This document shows, one piece after another, positions 1 through 9,368 of a stretch of DNA of 64,000 nt (the first letter of the stretch is position 1; each line of letters starts with the position of its first letter). Where the stretch lies: contig OZ245838.1 of the NCBI GenBank assembly GCA_965228735.1, forward strand, positions 2,656,001-2,720,000, read 5' to 3'. The notes below the pieces were generated by a model. The model was given only the letters and a program-made list of their open reading frames with translations, had not been told where the DNA came from and made no database searches. This DNA comes from Planctomycetota bacterium. GTDB taxonomy: Bacteria; Planctomycetota; UBA1135; UBA2386. A program made the position numbers and the translations under genes.

Positions 1-1829
1 AACGCGCAGGACGCGCCGCCGCCACCGCCACTGCCACCGATCAGGAAGTGGTTGAGGGACAGCTCGGGGTCACCCGAGGTCGGGATCGGGAACGGATCGA
101 ACATCACGCCGCCGGCCGGCAGCGGTGCGCTCGGGTCACCGTAGATCGTGTTGGTCAGGAAGCTCGGCAGGGGCGTCGGCGTCGTGAACGCCGGCACGCC
201 ACCCGGCGTCCAGAAGCCGCCACCACCGCCACCCGGCGAGAAGTAGGCGCGGTAGACGAACGCGATGCGCGGCGTGTTGGGCGCGGCCTCACCCGACGGC
301 GGGTTCATCGTCGAACCGCGACCGCCGGTGTTGGCGGACTGCACGACGTAGGCATGGCCGGCGAGCAGGCGCACGTCCTCGCCATGCGCGCCGTTCGTCA
401 GCACCTCACCGTTCACGATGATCGGGCCGTTGCCCTGGCACTCGTCGCCACCGCGACCACCGGCACCACCGCCGGCACCCGGCGCACCGCCGGGCTGACC
501 GCTGACGAACGGCTGCGGCGCGGCCGTGCCGCCACGCGCGTTGAACTTCTCCATCTTCGCGCCGTTGAGCTCGATCGTGCCGTTGATCTCGGCCTGACCG
601 CGCACGCGGATCTGCGGCGGCACCGGGCCGACGAAGCGCAGGGTCGTGTCGACCGGCAGGACGAAGTCGGTGAAGTAGAACTTGCCGTCGGAAACGAACT
701 CGGTCTGACCCGACTGCGTGTTGCCGGCGGGAATCTCGACGTTCGTCGTGTCGATCTCGTAGGTCGTCGCGCCGACCTGGGTCGCGATCGAGAGATCGAA
801 CGGGCCGTGACGGCCATCGCCACCGAGGAGGCCGGGGCGGGCGCCGTTGTTCCACAGCGTCGTCGAGACCGGCACGTTGAGGTTGTTCGAGTTGGCGAAG
901 CTCTCGTTGATGTTGATCGGGATGATCGTGCCGGCTTCGGTGAAGAACTCGAAGCGCGCGGGCGTCGCCTGGGTGCCGGCGAGATCGCGCAGGTCCGCCG
1001 TGATCGCGACCTCGACGCAGGCGAGGCCGGGGAGCAGGACCGACGGCTTGAACTCGACGACCGTGACCGGCGTGCCGGCCACGAACTCCGTGCGCAGCTG
1101 CGGGATGCCCTCGAGCACGAGGCCCGACGAGTCGCGGTTGCAGACGAGCGTGTTGTTGACCTGGTTGGCCGTGCGCAGCGTCACGCGGACCGGCGACGAC
1201 GAGGTCAGGGTCCCCTGCAGCGGCGTCGTATCGATCAGCTCACTGAAACGCAGCACGATCGTGGGGTCGCGCGGGTTCTCGAACGTGGACGCCGGCGCGA
1301 TCATCTCGGCCGACGGCGGCCGCTGGTCGGCGTCGACGATGCCGCGCGACGCGATGACGGAGCAGCTGAACTCGCGGCTCAGCGTGTCACCCGCGGCGCT
1401 GCGGACGCCGAAGCTCGCGGTCGGACCGCCGGCGATCGTGATGATGTAGGTCTCGTTGCGCCGGAAGCCGAACGTGCTGATGCCGTTCTGCGTCGACACG
1501 CGCGGCACGAACGTCAGCTCGTTGCCCGACACCATGAGGTCGCCCTCCGGCGCGATGCCGGACGCGGTGCGGATCGAAACGGCCGAGCCGTTCACCGAGC
1601 TCTTGGCAATCGTGTCGTTGAACGTGAACTTCAGCGGCTGGTTCTCGGCGATCTCGGTGATCGCACAGCCGGTCTGCGAACAACCGAGGTCGCAGCTCAC
1701 GATGCAGAACGACTGACCGCCGGCGCAGCGGAACTGCACCGTCGCGGTGTCGTCCGAACTACCCGAACAGCCCACCACCGCGAGGGGCAGCAGCAGGAAG
1801 CCGAGGGTCTTCAGGGAAACGTGTCGCAT
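1..1829 (-). CDS. Large secreted lipoprotein with Ig-like (Big_5/SbsA-like) and Gly-rich domains; 3' end runs off the window
   Basis: Not in the ORF track because no stop falls in the window. Manual translation from ATG 1829: MRHVSLKTLGFLLLPLAVVG-CSGSSDD (lipobox), Cys motif C..SC.LGCS.TGC, DLAG, GGDGRHG, LRFVGPVPP, HFLIGGSGGGGG. Colinear paralog of 1890..4637. Confidence 0.85.
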   Translation of the reverse strand, partial: MRHVSLKTLGFLLLPLAVVGCSGSSDDTATVQFRCAGGQSFCIVSCDLGCSQTGCAITEIAENQPLKFTFNDTIAKSSVNGSAVSIRTASGIAPEGDLMVSGNELTFVPRVSTQNGISTFGFRRNETYIITIAGGPTASFGVRSAAGDTLSREFSCSVIASRGIVDADQRPPSAEMIAPASTFENPRDPTIVLRFSELIDTTPLQGTLTSSSPVRVTLRTANQVNNTLVCNRDSSGLVLEGIPQLRTEFVAGTPVTVVEFKPSVLLPGLACVEVAITADLRDLAGTQATPARFEFFTEAGTIIPININESFANSNNLNVPVSTTLWNNGARPGLLGGDGRHGPFDLSIATQVGATTYEIDTTNVEIPAGNTQSGQTEFVSDGKFYFTDFVLPVDTTLRFVGPVPPQIRVRGQAEINGTIELNGAKMEKFNARGGTAAPQPFVSGQPGGAPGAGGGAGGRGGDECQGNGPIIVNGEVLTNGAHGEDVRLLAGHAYVVQSANTGGRGSTMNPPSGEAAPNTPRIAFVYRAYFSPGGGGGGFWTPGGVPAFTTPTPLPSFLTNTIYGDPSAPLPAGGVMFDPFPIPTSGDPELSLNHFLIGGSGGGGGASCA

Positions 1830-1889
1830 GGGGAGGTCGGAAGAAGGAGCGGTTGATGCGGGCCTGGTGGCGCTGGGAGGGGACGCGGG

Positions 1890-4637
1890 TCAGACCCGAT
1901 ACACGATGACGACCTTGTCGATGATCACGGAAGCCGCGACATCGTGGTCCTGGACGAGCACGAAACGGAACGCGTTGCGGCCGTCCGACGCGATGCCCGT
2001 GACGTTCTGCGTGGAGCGCACGGCCGTGCGCCACGGCTGGATCTCGGCGACGACGCCCGTCGAGAGGTCCATCTGACCGGCCTGGATGAAGAGCCGGATC
2101 GGCTGACCGGCGCCGGCCGGCGTGCTGTTCGGCACGGCCGCCGGGTCGTCGGACAGGATGATCTGCTCCGGCCCGTTGCCGCGATCGATCGTCGCGTGGA
2201 TCTCGTAGCGCGCGAACTCGGGACCGAACACGAGGCCGGTCGAGTACCACAGCGAGCGGCTGCTTGAGAACTGGTCGACCTCGGTCAGCGCCGCGACGTT
2301 CTCCGCGACGGCCGGCGGGTTGGCACCCGGCAGTTCCTGCGGCGTCGGCGCAGTCGGCAACTCGAAGCGCAGGAACCCGGCCGAGCCGTTGCCGGCCTTG
2401 GCCTCGACGCGCGCACCGATCGGCGGCGCCGAAACACCCGAAGAGCGGTCGTAGGAGCCGCCCTGACCGCCCGCGACATTGAGCTCGCCCGAGATGTCCG
2501 CGGCGCGGCCGCTCTGCAGGACGATCGAACCACCGGCGCCAGCGCCACCCGGCATCGCGCTCGTGGTGCCGAAGGAGGCCTGAACGCTGCCGGTCGAGCC
2601 ACCGTTCGCGAGGATCTTCGCGAGCGGGCCGACGGTCAGGCTGTCACCGGCGCGCAGCGCGATCGCGCCACCGCCGCCGCCACCACCACCACCGCGCACG
2701 AACGCGTTGCTGGCCGGGATGACGTCGATCGACAGCGCGCCGTTCGACGCGGCGCCACCACCGCCGCCGCCACCGACGAGGAAGTGGACCGAGCTCTTGT
2801 CCGAACCGCTGGGGTCCGGGAACGGGAAGTACTGCACCGCGTTGCCGCCATCCGCCGGCGGGCCGAAGTAGATCGGGTTGGGCGTCTGGTTGGTCGCCGG
2901 GTTGACGTGGTTGTTGTTGGTCACGAGGCCCTGCTCGCCCGGCTGGCGGTTGCCGCCACCGGCACCCGGCGCGGTCGCCGTCGGCGAGTAGGAGACCGTC
3001 GTCGGACTCGGCGCGTAGAACAGCGAGGACTTGAGGCCGTCGAGCGGGAACACGACCGAACCCTTGCCGCCCGAACCGCTGGCCGACGTCGCGTAGGCGC
3101 GACCGGCGAGCACGCCGCCAGCGCCGCCGTTCTTGCCCTGGTAGGCCGGCAGGATGCCGACGCCGAAGCACTTGTCGCCGCCGTCGCCGCCATCGCCGCC
3201 GAAGACGCCGCCGACGCCGCCGGGCTGACCGACGATGCTCGAGCCCGTGGGGTAGTCGAGGGACTCGCCGTCGATGTCGATCTCACCGAGGATGTCGATC
3301 TTGCCGGCAACGCTGATGATCGGCGGAACCGGCCCGATGAAGCGCAGGCGCACCGAACCCGGCACGACCATCGAGCTGAAGTTGAAGCGCCCGTCGGTCA
3401 CCGCGACCGCGGAGCCCGTCAGCGTGTTCGCCGCGGGGATGATCGTGTTGTCGGTGCGGATCTCGTAGGTGTCCTTGCCGTCGATCGTGCCGACGAACGT
3501 GCCGAGGTCGACCGAGAAGTCGCCGTGGCCGCCGTCGCCGCCGATCGCCGCGAACGTCGCGACGCCGTTCGACCACTCGCCGCCGGAGCGGTCGCGGTCG
3601 AGCTGATCGTCGTCCTCGAACTCCTCGACCGTCTCGTCCTCCTGGAGGTTGGCCGGCTTGGTCGTGAACGTGAAGGTCTGCGGCTGCGCCGGCTTGCCCG
3701 CGAGGTCGACGACCGCGCTCGTGACGTTGATCTCGACGCACACGTTGTTCGGCAGCGGCTGCGTGGGCTGGAACGTCAGCACGGAGACGCGGCGCGCGGG
3801 ATCGAACGTCAACCGCGGCGTGCCCGGCAGCTCGATCGGATCCGACGCCGGATCGCAGATCGTGCCGTTCGGGGTCGAGAGCGTGCGACGCACCTCGAAC
3901 GTGACGGGCGAGCCCGACTGGAACGGCGTCACATCGACCATCTCGTTGAACGCGAGCTCGATGATCGTGTCGACGGGGACCTCGGTCAGCACGTTCGGCG
4001 TGACCAGCTGCGCTGCCGGCGGCACCCCGTTGAGGTCCTGGATGCCCTGACTCGCGACGAGGGAGCACGTGTAGGTCTCGCCGAACGCGAAGCCCGACGT
4101 GCTGCGCAAGGTGTCCGGCTGGGTGCGCGAGCCCGGAATCGTGAGCGTGTAGACCTCACCCGGCTTGAAGCCGAAGAAGGTCTGGCCGCCCGAGACCAGC
4201 AACGTCGGCACGAACTCGATCTGGTTGCCGTTGGTGAAGAAGTCGCCGACCGGCAGCTCACCGGCCGCGGTGCGCAGTCGCACGGTCGACTCGTTGACCG
4301 TCGCCGGATCGATGTCGTCGCTGAACTGCAGGATGAGGATCTCGTTCTGCGCGATGTCGGTGCGCAGGCACCCCGTCGAACTGCAACCGAGACTGCAGTT
4401 GAACAGGCACAGCGCGGTCGTCTCGCCTTCTTCGGGCGCGCACGAGAAGTTCGCGGCGCCAACGGTCGCAGAACTGCCGGAGCAGCCAGCAGCGCCGAAC
4501 AACACCGGCGCGCCCAGGAACAGTGCAGCCAACTGCAGCAGACGTGCGCCGCGGTGGGGTCGGGCCGCGGGAGCCGCCGGTGCAACGTGCGGCTGGGTCC
4601 CGGCAGGGACCACGTGAGGCTGAGATCGGAACAGCAT
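1890..4637 (-). CDS. Large lipoprotein with Ig-like domains and polyglycine-rich domain
   Basis: ORF 1890..4829; likely start ATG 4637 (MLFRSQ). Lipobox LFGAAG-C. Ig-like motifs FSDDIDPATV, FNEMVD, VVDLAG. GGGGGGGG...ANGG...GGAGAGG repeats. Confidence 0.85.
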   Translation of the reverse strand: MLFRSQPHVVPAGTQPHVAPAAPAARPHRGARLLQLAALFLGAPVLFGAAGCSGSSATVGAANFSCAPEEGETTALCLFNCSLGCSSTGCLRTDIAQNEILILQFSDDIDPATVNESTVRLRTAAGELPVGDFFTNGNQIEFVPTLLVSGGQTFFGFKPGEVYTLTIPGSRTQPDTLRSTSGFAFGETYTCSLVASQGIQDLNGVPPAAQLVTPNVLTEVPVDTIIELAFNEMVDVTPFQSGSPVTFEVRRTLSTPNGTICDPASDPIELPGTPRLTFDPARRVSVLTFQPTQPLPNNVCVEINVTSAVVDLAGKPAQPQTFTFTTKPANLQEDETVEEFEDDDQLDRDRSGGEWSNGVATFAAIGGDGGHGDFSVDLGTFVGTIDGKDTYEIRTDNTIIPAANTLTGSAVAVTDGRFNFSSMVVPGSVRLRFIGPVPPIISVAGKIDILGEIDIDGESLDYPTGSSIVGQPGGVGGVFGGDGGDGGDKCFGVGILPAYQGKNGGAGGVLAGRAYATSASGSGGKGSVVFPLDGLKSSLFYAPSPTTVSYSPTATAPGAGGGNRQPGEQGLVTNNNHVNPATNQTPNPIYFGPPADGGNAVQYFPFPDPSGSDKSSVHFLVGGGGGGGAASNGALSIDVIPASNAFVRGGGGGGGGGAIALRAGDSLTVGPLAKILANGGSTGSVQASFGTTSAMPGGAGAGGSIVLQSGRAADISGELNVAGGQGGSYDRSSGVSAPPIGARVEAKAGNGSAGFLRFELPTAPTPQELPGANPPAVAENVAALTEVDQFSSSRSLWYSTGLVFGPEFARYEIHATIDRGNGPEQIILSDDPAAVPNSTPAGAGQPIRLFIQAGQMDLSTGVVAEIQPWRTAVRSTQNVTGIASDGRNAFRFVLVQDHDVAASVIIDKVVIVYRV

Positions 4638-5225
4638 GATGCCTCGAGTAGGGAGAGGATGGTTCAGGACGCGCCGAGACCTGCCTCCGGTCGGGCACCG
4701 GTCGACAGGCGGGAGAGGGGCCAGTTCACAGCCTGCGAGCAGACTGGACGAGCTAGACAACCATACCGCACTTGCGGCCGCAAGGCCGGCCTCGAAACCG
4801 ACGTAGGACCACTCTGCCCCCCTCGGCACGGTGCCGTGGGCGGTTCGGGCCAGCCAGCGCCAGAGATCGCGGATGGCCCGAAAATGCAGGTGGGAACGGG
4901 GAGTCGGGACAAGTCGCGGAACGTCCGGGGATCAGAGTCTGGAGCTGGCGCGCGGAACGACCGCGCGCGGCTTCGAACTGTCGCGCCAGAGATCGGCGCC
5001 GGCGACTACGGACAACTTCCATGCCGGCCGGTCGATCCGCTAGACGGTGCGACGTAAACTAGACTCTAACCCGCTTTACCACTAGACTTTCCACGTCATT
5101 CGAGCGATCGGGCGAGGCCGCACGCGGCGGGCTTCGAGATCGCTCATGGAGCACGACGGCACGACGGGTGTTCGACATCGAACACCCCGTGACCGCCGCC
5201 CGCCCCCTACACTAATCCGGCAATC

Positions 5226-6299
5226 ATGAAACACGCTCCCCTCGTCCTCGGCGCCATCGCCACCGCCGGCGTCCTCTGGATCGGCTTCGAAATGCGCTCC
5301 CAGAACGCCCGCCTCGCGCGCCTCGAAGAACAGGCCGCGGCCCGCGCGGGCGCGGTCGACGAGATCCTCGGCGAGGTCACGCGCATGCGCCTCGAGCAAC
5401 GCGCCGACGGGCGCGGCCCGAGCGCGCTGCTCGAGATGCTCAAGACCTATGCCCCGATCCTCGTGAGCGCGCGCTACGCCGAGCCCGACTACCAGTTCGC
5501 GCGCGACCAGATGCAGCGCATCCTGCGCGCGTTCGAGACGGTCGGCGAGGACGCGTGGCAACCGGTGATCGATCGCATCGCAGCCCTCGACGCCAGCAAG
5601 AACTTCGACGAACTCAAGTGGCTGCTCGAAGCCGCGCTGCGGATCGACGAGAAGCCGGCCGTCGAACTCGTGCACCAGGTCGTGCTCGGCCAGAAGCTGC
5701 CCGCGCCGCGCCTGCGCTGGTACGCAGCCGACCTGCTGCTGCGCCATGACCGCCGCCTCGCCCAGAGGACCCTGCGGCAGATCCTGCTCACGGAGTCGAG
5801 CCGCGGCGTCAACCCGGAGCGCGCGGCGGCCTACGGCCTGCCGATCCCGGACATGGCGGCGACCGCGACGACGGGCTTCCACAACTTCGTGCTGAAGTAC
5901 GTGCAGTCGGAGGACGACGAGATCGACGACACCCTGCTCATGGTCATGGGCCGCACGGAGCACGACCTGATGACGGTGCAGACGTGCGTGAAGGAACTCG
6001 GGGCCCGCAACTGCGCGCGCGCCGCCCCGCTGATCCGCGAGCTCTACCAGCGACCGCCGGGCCACTCCCACAACCCGCTGTTCCAGGTGCGCTGCCTCGA
6101 CGCGATCGCCGCGATCGAGGGCGAGAGCGCGCGCCCGTTCTTCGAGGACATGCTCGAGAAGGCCACGACGGAGACCGTCGCGAAGCACCTCGAACGCCTG
6201 CTCGGGCGCTCGGTCACGACGCAGGCCGCGAGCATGCCGCTCGAGCGGCCGGGCCCGCCGTCGCCGGGTTCTCAGCCGGCGCCGAACAAGAAGAAGTAG
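5226..6299 (+). CDS. Hypothetical membrane-anchored helical (HEAT-like) repeat protein
   Basis: 357 aa; N-terminal hydrophobic helix, coiled coil, then amphipathic helical repeats; good codon usage. Confidence 0.7.
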   Translation: MKHAPLVLGAIATAGVLWIGFEMRSQNARLARLEEQAAARAGAVDEILGEVTRMRLEQRADGRGPSALLEMLKTYAPILVSARYAEPDYQFARDQMQRILRAFETVGEDAWQPVIDRIAALDASKNFDELKWLLEAALRIDEKPAVELVHQVVLGQKLPAPRLRWYAADLLLRHDRRLAQRTLRQILLTESSRGVNPERAAAYGLPIPDMAATATTGFHNFVLKYVQSEDDEIDDTLLMVMGRTEHDLMTVQTCVKELGARNCARAAPLIRELYQRPPGHSHNPLFQVRCLDAIAAIEGESARPFFEDMLEKATTETVAKHLERLLGRSVTTQAASMPLERPGPPSPGSQPAPNKKK

Positions 6300-6315
6300 C
6301 GCGCCAGCGACGCGC

Positions 6316-6792
6316 TCAGACGAACTCGATCGCGCCGCCCGGCAGGAAGTAGAGGATCAGCATCTGGCCGTCCGTCACGGTCGGCACGTGCGTCGTATCC
6401 GGCCCGTAGACGACCCACCCCTCGGGGTGGCCATCGAATCGCGGCTCGCCGGCCGTCGCGAAACAGAGATCGATCTCGCCGTTCGGATGGCGGTGCTTCG
6501 GTCCGGGCGTCGACATCAGCACCGCGTCGATCGTGAAGCCGTGCAGGTCCTTCGCGACGCGGCCGAAGCGGATCCCGCCGTTCTCCTTGGGCAGCAGCCA
6601 ATCGGAGTCGATCGCGGCGATCGCGGCGGCGCGGACCGCCGCGACCATGCTGCCGCGGAACGACGCCTTGTGTTCCGCCGCCGCCGCGGCGTCGCTGGCC
6701 GCGACATCGACGTTCTGCAGCAGGCCGGCGAGCGGGTCGAGCAGCTCGACGAACTGGTCCTTGGTCATCGGATCGGGGGTCGCGTCAGTCAT
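6316..6792 (-). CDS. DUF4863 / PnbB-like (4-hydroxylaminobenzoate lyase-like) cupin protein
   Basis: Motifs HRHPNGEIDL, FDG..EGWVVYGP..THVPTV, LILYFLPGGAIEF. Confidence 0.8.
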   Translation of the reverse strand: MTDATPDPMTKDQFVELLDPLAGLLQNVDVAASDAAAAAEHKASFRGSMVAAVRAAAIAAIDSDWLLPKENGGIRFGRVAKDLHGFTIDAVLMSTPGPKHRHPNGEIDLCFATAGEPRFDGHPEGWVVYGPDTTHVPTVTDGQMLILYFLPGGAIEFV

Positions 6793-6810
6793 CGTTCTCT
6801 TGCCCGCGTT

Positions 6811-7350
6811 TCATTTGCCCTGGGGACGGAAGACCTCGACGACGTCCGGGTTGCCCTCGAGGCGCGGGCCGCCGATGAGATCGATACAGTACGGGATCGC
6901 CGGGAACACGGCGTCGAGACAGACGCGGATCGACCCGGGCTTGCCCGGCAGCGTCACGACGAGCGCGCGGTCGAGGATCGCCGCGGTCTGGCGCGACAGG
7001 ATCGCGGTCGGCACCCCCACCGCGAGTGAAGCGGCGCGCATCTGCTCGCCGAAGCCGGGCAGCTCCTTGTGGCACACGTCGCGGATGGCCTCGGGCGTGA
7101 CATCGCGCTCGGCCGGGCCGGTGCCCCCGGTCGTGCAGATCAGACAACAACCGGCGGCCGCGAGCTCGCGCAGCGCCGCGCCGATGCCGTCACGTTCGTC
7201 GGGGATCACGCGCACGTCGAACGTGCACGGCGTGCTCAGGTAGTCGCGCAACGCGGCGGCGATCGCCGGCCCCGACTGATCCTCGTACTCGCCCCGACTC
7301 GCGCGGTCACTGACCGTCACGATGCCGATGCGCGGCGACTCGGCGCTCAC
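6811..7350 (-). CDS. mog: Molybdopterin adenylyltransferase (MogA)
   Basis: IGIVTVSDRASRGEYEDQSG, TTGGTGPAERDVTPEA, PGFGEQMR, PTAILSRQ, LPGKP, IPYCIDLIGG. Confidence 0.93.
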   Translation of the reverse strand: MSAESPRIGIVTVSDRASRGEYEDQSGPAIAAALRDYLSTPCTFDVRVIPDERDGIGAALRELAAAGCCLICTTGGTGPAERDVTPEAIRDVCHKELPGFGEQMRAASLAVGVPTAILSRQTAAILDRALVVTLPGKPGSIRVCLDAVFPAIPYCIDLIGGPRLEGNPDVVEVFRPQGK

Positions 7351-9278
7351 GACTCGCCACCCCCACGGCCGGAGTCGCCGCTGCCGGAATCACCGCTGCC
7401 CGAGTCACCGCTGCCCGAGTCACCGCTGCCCGAGTCACCGCTGCCCGAGTCACCGCCGCCCGAGTCACCGCTGCCCGAGTCACCGCCGCCCGAGTCACCG
7501 CTGCCCGAGTCACCACCTCGGCGGCCCCCACCATCACGCACCGCCGCGCCGTCACCAGCAGCCGGCGCCGTCCCACCGGCCGAACGCGCGGCGTCCGCAG
7601 CGATGTCGGCGGCCTCGTCGACCGCGCTCAACGACCGGCGCACGTGAATGCGGAACTCGCCGCGCTCTTCCGGATCGGCCTCGCGCCACCGCCCGAGCTG
7701 CCGCCGGCGATCGACGGCCGAGCGCTGCATGACGACCGAGGTCACGTGCTTGGCGTCCGGCGAGAACACGTGCACGCGGTTCTTCGGCCCGAGCACGACG
7801 ATCGTGCCCTGGTCGAGATCCCAGAGGATCGCGTTGTCGCTGGCCTCGCCGGCGTCCGGGTACGCACGCGACGTCGGGCGCTGCCCCTCGTCGCTGCGTT
7901 CGAGCCCGTGCTGCGTGCGGCGACCGGCGTTGCGCGTGCGGTTCTGCAGCTGCTTCGCGAGATCGTTGAGCAACGGCAGGACGAACTCCTCTTCGTCGGT
8001 CTCGCCGTTCTTCAGCTGGCCTTCGAGCCGCAGCGCCTCGGTGTCGAGACGCCGTTGGAAGCGGCTCAGGATCTGCATGATCGCCGGGTCGACGAGCTCC
8101 ATCGGATCGACCGCCGACACCGGGTGCAGCCGCAGGCGAACGCGGCCCTCGAGCGTCGTGCCGCGCAGCAGCTGGAAGCTGAACGCGCACTTGCCCGACG
8201 GCCCGAGCGTCTTGAACAACCCGGCGTTGACCTGACCGAGGATGCGATACACCGGCGAACCTTCGCCGCCGCCGAACTCCGCGAGCTGCTGCGTGCGCAG
8301 CACCCGCCCCATCGTCACCTGCGTGAGGATCACGTCCTCGCCCGCGAGCAGCCGATCGATGCCGGCGTCCTTGCGATCGATCGCCATCGTGACGAAGTCG
8401 GTGAACGTCGGCTTGCCCGTCGAGCTGTAGCCCTCGAACACGTGCCGCGGCTCCGTCGGTCGACAGCCGTCGGCCTCGGACGAATCGGCGAAATACGAGT
8501 AGACCGCGCCGGGACGCAGCGCGCGTTCGTGCTCGCGCACTTCGCGAACGCGCTTCAGGATCTGATCCACGGCCGTGCCGGCGGCCTGCCGCAGGTCCTT
8601 GCCACCGCGGCCGCCCTCGAGGGGAATGCGCAACGCGAGTTCGAGCTCCCGCGGCATCGCGAACGGATCCACGCCCTCGACGCGCAGCAGCTGCTGCGCC
8701 ATCTCGGCGAGCGCGCGCACGGCCTGCGTCGCGAGGTGCGCGGTGTCGCGCGGCCCGCCGTCGCCGTGCATGCCGCGGCGCCCGACCCCGCGCGCGCCGC
8801 CGCCGCGGGCAGCACCCGGCTCACGGGCACCGGCAGCCTGATCACGGCGCCCGCGCTGTCGCGCCTTCTTGCCGCGTTGTCGGCCGCTCTTCGGCGGCGG
8901 CGCGTCCGCAGCCGGGCCGCCCGCGACCCCGGCCTCGGGCGCCGCCTCGGCTTCGCCCGCCGGCGCCGCCGGGTCATCGCCGCTGCGCTTGCGACGCCGG
9001 CGACGACGGCGCCGCGGCCGATCCTTCTCGTCACCGTCCGCCGCATCTCCGCCCTGGGAATCCCCACCCTGGGAATCACCGCTCTGGACCACCGGCGCCT
9101 CGACCGGCGGGGAACCGGCAACCGACGAATCAGCCGGCGGCGAAGCCGGCGCCGGCGCGGGAGCCGAATCCACCGGCTTCGGAACGGCGGGCGGAACGGC
9201 GGGCGGACCCGCGGGCGACGACGCGTCTGGTGACGGCGGCGGCGACGGCTGGTCGGGAGCGGAATCGGACTCGGACAC
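7347..9278 (-). CDS. Hypothetical protein with disordered Pro/Arg-rich N-terminus, globular core and GDSG-repeat tail
   Basis: ORF 7347..9842 overlaps CBS upstream, so the probable start is GTG 9278 (VSESDSAP). Stop overlaps the mog GTG start. Start uncertain. Confidence 0.7.
   Translation of the reverse strand: MSESDSAPDQPSPPPSPDASSPAGPPAVPPAVPKPVDSAPAPAPASPPADSSVAGSPPVEAPVVQSGDSQGGDSQGGDAADGDEKDRPRRRRRRRRKRSGDDPAAPAGEAEAAPEAGVAGGPAADAPPPKSGRQRGKKARQRGRRDQAAGAREPGAARGGGARGVGRRGMHGDGGPRDTAHLATQAVRALAEMAQQLLRVEGVDPFAMPRELELALRIPLEGGRGGKDLRQAAGTAVDQILKRVREVREHERALRPGAVYSYFADSSEADGCRPTEPRHVFEGYSSTGKPTFTDFVTMAIDRKDAGIDRLLAGEDVILTQVTMGRVLRTQQLAEFGGGEGSPVYRILGQVNAGLFKTLGPSGKCAFSFQLLRGTTLEGRVRLRLHPVSAVDPMELVDPAIMQILSRFQRRLDTEALRLEGQLKNGETDEEEFVLPLLNDLAKQLQNRTRNAGRRTQHGLERSDEGQRPTSRAYPDAGEASDNAILWDLDQGTIVVLGPKNRVHVFSPDAKHVTSVVMQRSAVDRRRQLGRWREADPEERGEFRIHVRRSLSAVDEAADIAADAARSAGGTAPAAGDGAAVRDGGGRRGGDSGSGDSGGGDSGSGDSGGGDSGSGDSGSGDSGSGDSGSGDSGSGDSGRGGGES
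7372..7515. repeat. 15-bp coding tandem repeat (about 10 units, GAGTCACCGCTGCCC) encoding (S/G)GDSG
   Basis: Directly visible head-to-tail units with no spacers. Confidence 0.95.
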
Positions 9279-9368
9279 GGGCCGAACAACGATGCAGACG
9301 GACCAGGGCGGCCACAAGCGGGAACCACATTTCCCTTCGGGGCGGCCGGCTGCTTGAATCACCCCCGC

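Noticed and set aside
48..1856. 602-aa plus-strand ORF
   Set aside because: Shadow of the unlisted minus-strand lipoprotein starting at 1829.
7372..7515. Possible CRISPR array
   Set aside because: Head-to-tail 15-mers without unique spacers, in frame within a gene, and no cas genes.
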